Part shown: positions 19,759 through 28,109 of the stretch, piece by piece
Layout: each line of letters begins with the position of its first letter
How positions within the stretch are numbered: position 1 is the stretch's first letter
Sequence record: LC819007.1
DNA: 64,000 nucleotides
Reading direction: 5' to 3' (one strand)
The notes under the pieces: generated by a model
The model's input: only the letters and a program-made list of their open reading frames with translations
Told to the model about the DNA's origin: nothing
Databases searched by the model: none
Made by a program: the position numbers and the translations under genes

Positions 19759-21885
19759 ATGGCTACCGCTTACCAGTATCCCTTCGATCCCAGCGGCACC
19801 TCGGCCGCGAACAAGATCACCAACGAGCAGCACGTTATCACGGCAGTGAATTTCCGGGACTACCATTACGTCATCCCGAACTTCGCGCCGTTCTTCGAGG
19901 CAAGCCTCTCAATCAAACTGCAGTTCCCGGATGGTACGGTACGCTCCCTCAAGCCGGGCGTCGACTACTATCTGTCGAACCAGTTCCTGGACGCATCGCG
20001 TGCTTGCGCCAAGCCGATCTACGGCTCGATCTCGTTCCTCGACACGGACACGCAAGGTATCCTCTCCATCGACTACAACACGGTCGGCGGTGAGTGGAAC
20101 CTGAGCCCGGCGGAGATCACGCGCATCCTCGCTGAGGAAATGCGTAACCCCCGTATTACGACGTGGGAACAAATCACGTATTTACCTGAACGATTCCCCG
20201 TGGTCGACCACGAGTGGGATCTGGTGGATATGGTGGGTATGTCGAGTGTCGTGAATGCGATCGAAGATATCCGTAACGCCATCGCTGGTTCGAATGGCAC
20301 GGGGTTGGCTGATCACATCAACAACTACTCGAACCCGCACAACACGACCAAGGCACAGGTCGGGCTGGGCAATGTCCAGAACTACCCCACGGCTACGCAG
20401 GCGGCGGCGCAAGCCGGTACGAGCGACAGCTTCTACATGACACCGCTGAGTGTGGCCTACGCGATCAACTCGCTGGGTGCTGCGCTGGTGAACGCTCACG
20501 CGACCCGTACGGACAATCCGCACGGCACCACGAAGGCTCAAGTGGGTCTGGGTAACGTGTCGAACTTTGCAGTCTCGACTACGGCTGAAGCTCAAGCTGG
20601 CGCGGTTGACACGTCATTCATGACGCCACTGAAGGTTGCGCAAGCGATCACGCAGCTGGTCGGCACGTCGTTCAACTCGCACATCAACAACCAGCTGAAT
20701 CCGCACAATGTCACGGCGGCGCAAGTCGGGCTGTTCAACGTGCAGAACTTCCCGGTCGCGACGCAGCAGCAAGCGTTGGCAGGTACGGACAATGCGTCAT
20801 ACATGACGCCGTTGCGCACACAGCAACAGATCACGCAGTACGTGTCGGTTCAGCTTGACGGTCACGCGGCGCGGACAGACAACCCCCACCAAACCACGGC
20901 AGCACAGGTTGGTTTGGGTAACGTCGGCAACTACGCAATCGCCACGCAAGCGGAAGCACAGGCAGGGATTTCGAACACGGCGTACATGACGCCGGGTCGT
21001 ACGGTGGATGCGATCAATACGTTCGCGGCTCCGATTGGTCACTTGTCGGATAAAAACAATCCCCACCAGGTGACTGCGGATCAGATCGGCACCTACACGA
21101 AGGTCGACATCGACACAATGTTGGCCAACAAGGTTAGTACGGATAATACTAACTGGGTTGCGGGCATGACCAAAGCGGACTTCGTGGCGGAAATTCTGGC
21201 TCAGCCGGTGAATCACGCTGCGACGGCGGACAACTCGACGCAGTTCAATGGCAAGACGTACGCTCAGGTGTTCTCGGACATCTCGGCCTCGGTGCAGACG
21301 TCGCTGGGTAATGCGTTTGCGGAAACGTCGACGAAGGCGTCGCGCGATAACTCGCAGACGCCCAGCCCCGGCACCACGCCGAACCGCTGGATTCCGCTCG
21401 GTACGGTGCAGTCGTACACAACCACGGGCGGTAGCACGTCGATCGCCAAGTCGTATCCGGACGCTTACTGGTTCGTGACGGGTGGTCAGGCACAAGCATC
21501 CACGGATGCCAACAACGCCAAGACCACGTCGGCTGGTTACCTGATCCACGCGAAGTGCGGTGAGCTTGCGGCGAGCAACACGTTTGACGTGACGCGTCTG
21601 AATGGCGTGGCCGATACTGATGTTCAGTTCGGCTGGACGATGGACGGCACAACCAAAATCATGACGGTCTGGGCGAAGGTGGCTTACGGCTACAACAACC
21701 TGAACGCGACGAGTCTGGCAGGTCAAGCGAATGCGCTGGTCATGAACGACGACTCGGTACAGGCTGAACCGGCTGGTATCGTCTACGCGACTCCGGTGGC
21801 CTACGCTACGTCGACGCAGTACGCTGCGTTGGCTCAGCGCGTGACCGACATCGAAACGGCGCTCAACAGCATCACCGTTGTGTAA
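19759..21885 (+). CDS. tail fibre protein
   Basis: N-terminal YPFDPSGTSAANKITNEQH anchor and five NPH.TT.AQVGLGNV repeats. Confidence 0.75.
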   Translation: MATAYQYPFDPSGTSAANKITNEQHVITAVNFRDYHYVIPNFAPFFEASLSIKLQFPDGTVRSLKPGVDYYLSNQFLDASRACAKPIYGSISFLDTDTQGILSIDYNTVGGEWNLSPAEITRILAEEMRNPRITTWEQITYLPERFPVVDHEWDLVDMVGMSSVVNAIEDIRNAIAGSNGTGLADHINNYSNPHNTTKAQVGLGNVQNYPTATQAAAQAGTSDSFYMTPLSVAYAINSLGAALVNAHATRTDNPHGTTKAQVGLGNVSNFAVSTTAEAQAGAVDTSFMTPLKVAQAITQLVGTSFNSHINNQLNPHNVTAAQVGLFNVQNFPVATQQQALAGTDNASYMTPLRTQQQITQYVSVQLDGHAARTDNPHQTTAAQVGLGNVGNYAIATQAEAQAGISNTAYMTPGRTVDAINTFAAPIGHLSDKNNPHQVTADQIGTYTKVDIDTMLANKVSTDNTNWVAGMTKADFVAEILAQPVNHAATADNSTQFNGKTYAQVFSDISASVQTSLGNAFAETSTKASRDNSQTPSPGTTPNRWIPLGTVQSYTTTGGSTSIAKSYPDAYWFVTGGQAQASTDANNAKTTSAGYLIHAKCGELAASNTFDVTRLNGVADTDVQFGWTMDGTTKIMTVWAKVAYGYNNLNATSLAGQANALVMNDDSVQAEPAGIVYATPVAYATSTQYAALAQRVTDIETALNSITVV
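20332..21090 (+). repeat. 183-nt (61-aa) tail-fibre repeats
   Basis: NPH units start at 20332, 20515, 20698, 20881 and 21058. Confidence 0.85.
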
Positions 21886-21934
21886 TCAATCTTGAAAGCC
21901 GGGTGGACAACCACCCGGCGTGAGGCAACTGTTT

Positions 21935-23620
21935 ATGTCTACTCCGACACCCCTCTATCGCTATCCCCTGGATGGCACCGGCACCAGTCCGGATAATCTG
22001 GTCGTCGGCGAAGAGCATCAGCTGTCAAACCGTACGGTGCGTGCAATCGCTCCGACGTATGGCGGCTTCTTCGCTGAGTCCTGCGTGGTCAAGGACATGG
22101 CGACCAGTCAGCCCCTCATCAAGGGCACTGACTACTACTTCGGTGAGCTGTACGAATTCCCCACGGGTCGTTACGGTAAGGAAATCTTCGGGGTCATCCT
22201 GATCACGAAACCGCTCGTCTCTGCAGTGTCGATCAACTACCAGGCGCTGGGTGGTGATTACTCGTATTCGATGGACGCGATCATTTCGATGATCGACAAC
22301 CTGAATCTGGGTGATCGTCCGGTCGCATGGGGTGACATCATCGGTCGTCCGGCGCTGTTCGATCCGGCAACGCACTGGCACGACGCCGGTGACGTGTACG
22401 GTTTCGAGTATGTGGTGTCGGCTCTTATCGACTTGCGCAACGCCATCCTCACAGGTGACGTGGCCTCGCACGATGAGATCTATCGCTACATCGACACTTG
22501 GGCGAACCAGAATCAGGACGCCATCAATGCAGTGTCGGCGGCACTCGCCGCTCACGTTGCGCGGGTGGACAATCCCCATGGTACGACCAAGGCGCAGGTT
22601 GGCCTCGGCAACGTCGACAACTTCCTGACAGCCACCCAGGCGCAGATGAACACGGGTACGGCAACGAACCTGTTCGTCACGCCGGCAACCGTGGCAGCCT
22701 ATGTGACGGCGCAAGCGGTGAACCCGCTGGCAGCACACGTGGCGCGTACCGACAACCCGCACGGCGTCACCAAAGCCCAAGCGGGACTGGGTAACGTGGA
22801 TAACTTCTTGACCGCTACGCTTGCGCAAGCACAGGCTGGCACGGTCACGAATGCGTTCATGACGCCGTACCTGGTGGCACAAGCAATCACGACGCAAGCT
22901 GGTTCGGCCCTGAATGCCCACATTCAGGATCACGGCAATCCGCACGCCACTACAGCCTTTCAAGTTGGTGCCTACACAACGGCACAAGCCGATGCTAAAG
23001 TCAAGGTTGTTAACGATGCTCTGGTAGCGCACACCAACATCAACCCCACGGCGCCGGGCAACCCGCACGGCACTACTGCGGCAATGGTGAATGCTCTAGC
23101 ACTTCCGGACTGGGTCAACGCGTACAATTACATCATGGGCCAGATTGGCACGAAACAGCCCAATGGTAACTACGCGGTTTGGGGTCAAAGTGGTTCGTTT
23201 GGTAGCCTGAACATCAACGGTTACGTTTCGGCTACGCTTGACATCTACGCGTTCAACTCGGACCGGCGTCTGAAGAAGAACATCCGTCCGATCAAGGGTG
23301 CGTTGGCGAAGCTGCGTCAGATCAACGGCGTGCTGTATCACTACAAGGTATCGGCTATCGAAATCCTCGGGATCGAAGATCGTCAGTACATGGGTGTGAT
23401 CGCGCAAGAGATCCAGGCTGTCTGTCCGGAAATCGTGGCACTCGCTCCGTTCGATCGTGATCCGGAAACGGGTAAGTCGATTAGCGGTAAGAACTTCCTC
23501 ACTGTGCAGTACGAGAAGCTCACCGCCCTGTTGATCGAAGCGCAGAAGGAAAGCGATCTGATCCAGCAGGAAATCTGCCGCCGTCTCGGTTACACCGATC
23601 TGCTGCCGCTGGCGGCATAA
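21935..23620 (+). CDS. tail fibre protein with C-terminal intramolecular chaperone (peptidase S74-like)
   Basis: Same 61-aa repeats (22571, 22754, 22937); FNSDRRLKKNIRPI...GVIAQEIQAVCPEIV...VQYEKLTALLIEA. Confidence 0.8.
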   Translation: MSTPTPLYRYPLDGTGTSPDNLVVGEEHQLSNRTVRAIAPTYGGFFAESCVVKDMATSQPLIKGTDYYFGELYEFPTGRYGKEIFGVILITKPLVSAVSINYQALGGDYSYSMDAIISMIDNLNLGDRPVAWGDIIGRPALFDPATHWHDAGDVYGFEYVVSALIDLRNAILTGDVASHDEIYRYIDTWANQNQDAINAVSAALAAHVARVDNPHGTTKAQVGLGNVDNFLTATQAQMNTGTATNLFVTPATVAAYVTAQAVNPLAAHVARTDNPHGVTKAQAGLGNVDNFLTATLAQAQAGTVTNAFMTPYLVAQAITTQAGSALNAHIQDHGNPHATTAFQVGAYTTAQADAKVKVVNDALVAHTNINPTAPGNPHGTTAAMVNALALPDWVNAYNYIMGQIGTKQPNGNYAVWGQSGSFGSLNINGYVSATLDIYAFNSDRRLKKNIRPIKGALAKLRQINGVLYHYKVSAIEILGIEDRQYMGVIAQEIQAVCPEIVALAPFDRDPETGKSISGKNFLTVQYEKLTALLIEAQKESDLIQQEICRRLGYTDLLPLAA

Positions 23621-23630
23621 GGAGGACATC

Positions 23631-24188
23631 ATGCCGATGCCTACTAGCGGGGCAATCACAATGGGCCAGGCAATGGGTGAGTGCGGTGTTGCCGCGCCTG
23701 GCGCGGCTAGTAATGCCGAGCTCGCTCGCCTGGCTGGCGTGAACCCCGGATCGTTTTTGGCGTGGAGCTACTGGTACGGTAAGTCATATCTGCAGCCATT
23801 TGAGAATCAGGTGGTGGCCAGCGTTGCGGCACACATCGACCGGATTAACGAGCTGTACATCAATCTGCAGACTGGCACGACGCGTCAAGGAGCGGTGTTT
23901 GGAGATCACAATCCGCGTTTTACCTCGATTGCAACTAATGCAGTTCCCAACATCGATAAGTATAGAGGTTGGAGTCTGCAATTGGAGCGCGTGGCTGGGA
24001 ATGCTCGGGTGAACGTCTGTATTATCCAGGGCGTGGGTCCGGGCAACTGGGAGTGCATGATTCGTTTCGACGACCAGGGTAGTGACAACAACATCGCGGG
24101 CCTGCCGGGCAACCTTAAGGGTAACGGCGCCAACATGAACGGGGATACTGACTCCCAAGTCAATCTTCGTTTGACGATGGTGCGATAA
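23631..24188 (+). CDS. tail fibre tip adhesin (gp38-like N-terminal domain)
   Basis: MPMPTSGAITMGQ...SYWYGKS resembles adhesin attachment domains; RBS aggagg; directly follows the chaperone-ended fibre. Confidence 0.55.
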   Translation: MPMPTSGAITMGQAMGECGVAAPGAASNAELARLAGVNPGSFLAWSYWYGKSYLQPFENQVVASVAAHIDRINELYINLQTGTTRQGAVFGDHNPRFTSIATNAVPNIDKYRGWSLQLERVAGNARVNVCIIQGVGPGNWECMIRFDDQGSDNNIAGLPGNLKGNGANMNGDTDSQVNLRLTMVR

Positions 24189-24192
24189 TACA

Positions 24193-24236
24193 AGAGCCTC
24201 TCCGCCTCTGGGTGGGGAGGTTTCTTTTTTATGCCG
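24193..24236 (+). terminator. hairpin terminator
   Basis: cctctccgcc/ggtggggagg stem followed by tttctttttt-atgccg. Confidence 0.65.
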
Positions 24237-24268
24237 TTGTTGTATGTTCTGTCACAACAGGAGCCACA

Positions 24269-24481
24269 ATGTCCCGTACCGTTCTATTCCGCAAAGTACG
24301 TCACCGTCTGTGGATGATCCGTCATCGCATTCGTCATAACCAGTTTGTCAAAGGTCTTCTCCCTCACGAACACGACTGGGCACGCTGTGATAGCAAATTC
24401 TGGCTGGATGAGTGTGAAATCTGTGCCAAATCCCGGTTGCACCGTCACGGTACGCCGACAAGAAAGCAGAAAGCCCTTTAG
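24269..24481 (+). CDS. small hypothetical protein, Cys/His-rich
   Basis: RBS aggag; HEHDWARC...CEIC. Confidence 0.5.
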   Translation: MSRTVLFRKVRHRLWMIRHRIRHNQFVKGLLPHEHDWARCDSKFWLDECEICAKSRLHRHGTPTRKQKAL

Positions 24482-24503
24482 GACCTCACCAGAGCCTCTA
24501 CAA

Positions 24504-24556
24504 CGGCATAAACGACTACGGACTGGGCTTTCCCTGTCCGCAGTCGTGTTATGTCG
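24504..24556. terminator. bidirectional hairpin terminator
   Basis: cggcataaacgactacggac...gtccgcagtcgtgttatgtcg. Confidence 0.6.
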
Positions 24557-24578
24557 CTATGAGCCGTTTAAAGCCGTC

Positions 24579-25202
24579 TTACGCTTCCGTGAGCTTATTC
24601 GTGAACACGGTGCTGTACAACTCCGCCAACTTAGCCTTCTGTTCCGGCGTGTAGAGATCGTTGCCGCCAAAGATGGTGTCAGCAAGCGTAATCGGCAGTG
24701 GCGGCCACTCCGTCATCTCGCCCGGCGTTTCCAGATCGATCTTGACCCAGTCCTTCGGGTTGCCTTGCGCGTCGATGAAGACGTCCACTTCCCATTTCAG
24801 CTCCGTGCCTTCGATCGGGAAGGTGTAACGGATCTTATCCATCGACTCACCTGTGATCGAACGGAAGACTTCGTGCAAGTCTTTCGACACCGGCACCGAA
24901 ACTTCATCCGCTTCGCCGCGACCCGAATAAGCTTTGGCCGTGAGCGTAAAGCGCACCTGCCCCATGCCACTGGTTTCCCGCACGCGGATCGTGCCGCCTG
25001 CGCCCTTGAGCGAACTTTGCTTCTGGGTTTCCTGGCTCTGCGCTTTCTGCAGTTGCGAGGCATCGGTCAACCGTCCGTACCAGACGTATTCCTTCTCTTT
25101 GGCCTTCTGACCGTTTTCCAGATCTTCCAGACCGAGCTTGTATTTCATCAGGCCAGGTGCCATCAGGCTCATGCCCGAAAAGATGTCATGCAATGCTTTC
25201 AT
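24579..25202 (-). CDS. CYTH-domain protein (triphosphate tunnel metalloenzyme)
   Basis: EKEY motif, TIRVR, TLTAK, KIRYTF, WEVDVF, WVKIDLE. Confidence 0.75.
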   Translation of the reverse strand: MKALHDIFSGMSLMAPGLMKYKLGLEDLENGQKAKEKEYVWYGRLTDASQLQKAQSQETQKQSSLKGAGGTIRVRETSGMGQVRFTLTAKAYSGRGEADEVSVPVSKDLHEVFRSITGESMDKIRYTFPIEGTELKWEVDVFIDAQGNPKDWVKIDLETPGEMTEWPPLPITLADTIFGGNDLYTPEQKAKLAELYSTVFTNKLTEA

Positions 25203-25240
25203 GATTGTTGTTAAGGATGGATTAAGACATAAGAAAGAGT

Positions 25241-25278
25241 GCGGCATAAAGGGCCGGGTAACCCCGACCCTCTATGTC
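25241..25278 (-). terminator. hairpin terminator
   Basis: gcggcataaa-gggccggg-taac-cccgaccc-tctatgtc. Confidence 0.65.
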
Positions 25279-25564
25279 AGTTCAAAGCGAACTTCACCAC
25301 TTCAAACACACCCTTCAGCACTTCGCCGATGAACGTGGTATTCAGATCCTTCTCCTGCACCACGACCATGTAGATAAGCGTCGCAACGCTCGCAAACATG
25401 ATGACGATGAAGGTCAAGGTGAAGGCCTTAACCAGCCACGTCTTCAGGCCGCGGGATTCGCGACGTTCTTCAAGTTCTTCGGTCTCGACAGCGGTGGGTA
25501 CATCGTGCTCGCAATGAGCACCGAGCGCCTGAGGCGCATCGATTTTATTTTCTTCGGCAGACAT
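25277..25564 (-). CDS. membrane protein, holin candidate
   Basis: 95 aa with a long hydrophobic segment; directly downstream of the spanin pair. Confidence 0.45.
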   Translation of the reverse strand: MSAEENKIDAPQALGAHCEHDVPTAVETEELEERRESRGLKTWLVKAFTLTFIVIMFASVATLIYMVVVQEKDLNTTFIGEVLKGVFEVVKFALN

Positions 25565-25601
25565 CTTGCAACTCCTCGGGTTAAGCGTGTTACACAAGAT
25601 G

Positions 25602-25937
25602 TTATTTCGCAGCCGGGGTGTCTGCCTTGGGCGTGTAAATAACAGCTTGTTGTTTGGACCAGTCGGCAATGCCCATCAAGCGAGCATTAGCCACGCCCAG
25701 CTCTTCGGTGCGTTTCTGGATCAGATCGACGAGCGTCTGTTCCTTGGCATCACACGTGAGCTGGCTGTAGGTAACAGGATCGGGCGGCGCCGCCAGATGG
25801 ACCTTCTCGGTCATCTCCACCGGCACCGGCACGAACTTGTTCTTGATTTGTACTTCGGGCGCAGGTGCCGGTTGGGGTCCGAGCGCACAGCCCGTCAGCC
25901 CGATAGCGAGCACCACACAAGCGAATAGGGATTTCAT
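25602..25937 (-). CDS. o-spanin (Rz1-like lipoprotein)
   Basis: Lipobox LAIGLTGC, Pro-rich periplasmic part, overlaps the end of the i-spanin gene. Confidence 0.7.
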   Translation of the reverse strand: MKSLFACVVLAIGLTGCALGPQPAPAPEVQIKNKFVPVPVEMTEKVHLAAPPDPVTYSQLTCDAKEQTLVDLIQKRTEELGVANARLMGIADWSKQQAVIYTPKADTPAAK

Positions 25938-25946
25938 GACCGCTCC

Positions 25947-26435
25947 TTATTTGCAGGCCACGTTGGACGGTTCCTGCAGGCAGTACGTGAGCCACAGTCC
26001 TTTGGCCCGCTCCAGCGAAATCTCGGTGGCCTTGCGTTGCTCATTGGCCGGATCTTTCGGTAGCGCGTCGTACTTCTGGTTGATCGCTGCGAGCTTGGCA
26101 TCGACGTACTTGTTGGCCGCCGTCTTGGCAATCGCAGGCTTCGCTTCTTCCTGCTTGACCACAGCCTTCACTTCTTCAGTCTTGTCATCGGACTGGGCCT
26201 TCTGGACGGTGTCCTTGCGTACCTCGGTCAGATCCGCATCCTTCTGCTTGATCGTGTCGTCCTTGGCCGTGATCACCTGATCCTTGGCAGCGATGGTCTG
26301 CTGTTGCGTGGCGATCTTGTCGTTCTTCGCTTCGAAGACCTTGATGGTGGTGTATGCGGCGCCCAAGCACACCAGGACGAGCAAGCCTTTGCCCACCCAG
26401 CTCTTGAGGATGTCGCCAATTGCAATTCCAAACAT
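25947..26435 (-). CDS. i-spanin (Rz-like)
   Basis: N-terminal TM (GLLVLVCLGAAY) followed by a long coiled coil; terminal Cys pair. Confidence 0.7.
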   Translation of the reverse strand: MFGIAIGDILKSWVGKGLLVLVCLGAAYTTIKVFEAKNDKIATQQQTIAAKDQVITAKDDTIKQKDADLTEVRKDTVQKAQSDDKTEEVKAVVKQEEAKPAIAKTAANKYVDAKLAAINQKYDALPKDPANEQRKATEISLERAKGLWLTYCLQEPSNVACK

Positions 26436-26505
26436 GATTTTTTCCTTCAGAATAAAAAAGGGAGATGGGAGAGGCTAGAACCGAAGTCCTAGCTTCTCAT
26501 ATTAC

Positions 26506-27108
26506 TTACACTTCATTTCCTTCGAAGAGCTCTTTCCAGCGCCAGTACGCAATTGCACCGCTGTCCGTTGAGTGCTCATCCAGCGCCTCGAAACTGGAGG
26601 CTGAGTGAGCCGCATCGAACTTGTCGAGCAGAAGCTTCTTAAGACATTGATGAACTTTGACCTTGCTCTTCATGTCGTCTCGGGTGACGATGCCCACCGC
26701 CTTCTTGGCCGTGGGCGGGTCGACCAAGTCTAGCTCCATGGTGGGATCGTACCGTTGCACTGCCAGCCGAACTCCAAACACCACCTCAGTCAGGACCGCA
26801 AACGCCTGGGGAAACCGGCGCTTGAGAAACGGTGACTCGCAGGCAATGTGATTCGGTGGGTTAGCCACAAATACATCGTGCAATGCATCCGACAAGCCCA
26901 AGATACGCGCATAGCGGTCGCTGTGGTTCAGCGCGATCAGATCATCCAATCGCATCTTGTCTGCATTGAAGGTGTAAGCACAAAGACGCAGGATCTCCAG
27001 GGTGCGCACGTCGTACTCCAACATGCTGCACCCCAGGGTCGTTGATCCTGGATCGATCCCAATAATGCGGCCGACATGCTGATCGGCTTCGCAATGATTG
27101 GTGAACAT
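26506..27108 (-). CDS. ruvC: RuvC-like Holliday junction resolvase
   Basis: IIGIDPGSTTLG, IACESPF, PPTAKKAV, DEHSTDSGAIA. Confidence 0.85.
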   Translation of the reverse strand: MFTNHCEADQHVGRIIGIDPGSTTLGCSMLEYDVRTLEILRLCAYTFNADKMRLDDLIALNHSDRYARILGLSDALHDVFVANPPNHIACESPFLKRRFPQAFAVLTEVVFGVRLAVQRYDPTMELDLVDPPTAKKAVGIVTRDDMKSKVKVHQCLKKLLLDKFDAAHSASSFEALDEHSTDSGAIAYWRWKELFEGNEV

Positions 27109-27121
27109 ACTGCTCCTGCGG

Positions 27122-28006
27122 TTATGCGTTCACGAGGCTGTTCGTGGTGGAGCCATCGACTGCCGACAGAGCGTACAGCGGCTCGTTGACGCCGACGTCC
27201 ATGTTGATCGAGACGCCCGTGTTCGTTTGTAGCAACGGGTTGTAAGCCGCGACGTGAGCCGCGATCTGGCAACCAATCACTTCGTTGAACTGGAAGGAAC
27301 CACCGCCATAACCTGCGGCCGTGATCATCTTGTCCACACCCGTACAGAGGCCGAGCTCCGAGACGATTGCGTAGCGCTCGTCGTCCCAGATGACCTTGGC
27401 GACGTTGAGCATTTCAGCGACGTCAGCGTCCGTCATCGTGAGCGTCATGCGAGCCCGCGCCGACACGTAGTCAGCGTTGATCAGGTTGGTCGCGCTGTTC
27501 GAGAGCTGTTGCGGCGTGGGGGTGAGGTTCGATTGTTGCGGAATGAAGTTGGTAACGGTTTCGATACCATCTTGCACCTGGGTATAATACATACCCACCG
27601 ACATATTGCTCTTATCGAGCCGGCGGCCGTAGTAGGCGAAGTACGGCACGCCATTGCGTTCTTCCTGACGACGCAGCACGTATTTGGCGCGATCGGTCGC
27701 AGTCAAGTCCTGGTTGGTTTCACGCAGCACGAACGGCAGCTGGCCGAAGAGACCGGCATCGGTTGCGCGATGTTGCACCGTTTCGTTGAGCGGAATCCCG
27801 TCTGCGCCCACGATCATCGAGTGACCGCGATTGCCCCAGACGTAGTAGCCGAGATTCGGCTTGTCGGTAGCGGAAGGCAGCGTGTCTTTCTGGATGCTCA
27901 GCAGTTCGTTGAGCGTCGAGTAAGCCGGAAATTCGAAAGGCAGACCCAACAGCAAGCTGGTCTGCACGCGTGCACCGTAGATAGTGCGGGTGACGTTATT
28001 GTCCAC
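27122..28006 (-). CDS. virion structural protein (phiKZ-like)
   Basis: 294 aa; conserved position between RuvC and the portal-adjacent gene. Confidence 0.55.
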   Translation of the reverse strand: MDNNVTRTIYGARVQTSLLLGLPFEFPAYSTLNELLSIQKDTLPSATDKPNLGYYVWGNRGHSMIVGADGIPLNETVQHRATDAGLFGQLPFVLRETNQDLTATDRAKYVLRRQEERNGVPYFAYYGRRLDKSNMSVGMYYTQVQDGIETVTNFIPQQSNLTPTPQQLSNSATNLINADYVSARARMTLTMTDADVAEMLNVAKVIWDDERYAIVSELGLCTGVDKMITAAGYGGGSFQFNEVIGCQIAAHVAAYNPLLQTNTGVSINMDVGVNEPLYALSAVDGSTTNSLVNA

Positions 28007-28109
28007 GTTTTTACTTCCTCAATCGGAAAGGTGAAATAGGTTGGAACACGGGACGAAACGACGTCCCGTGCTTACACACAATTAGAGAAGGACTGTATTT
28101 ACCTGATCT

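Noticed and set aside
20332-23075. DGR template/variable repeat or CRISPR array
   Set aside because: Repeats are in-frame protein repeats with synonymous divergence rather than adenine-specific changes; no reverse transcriptase and no repeat-spacer array anywhere in the window
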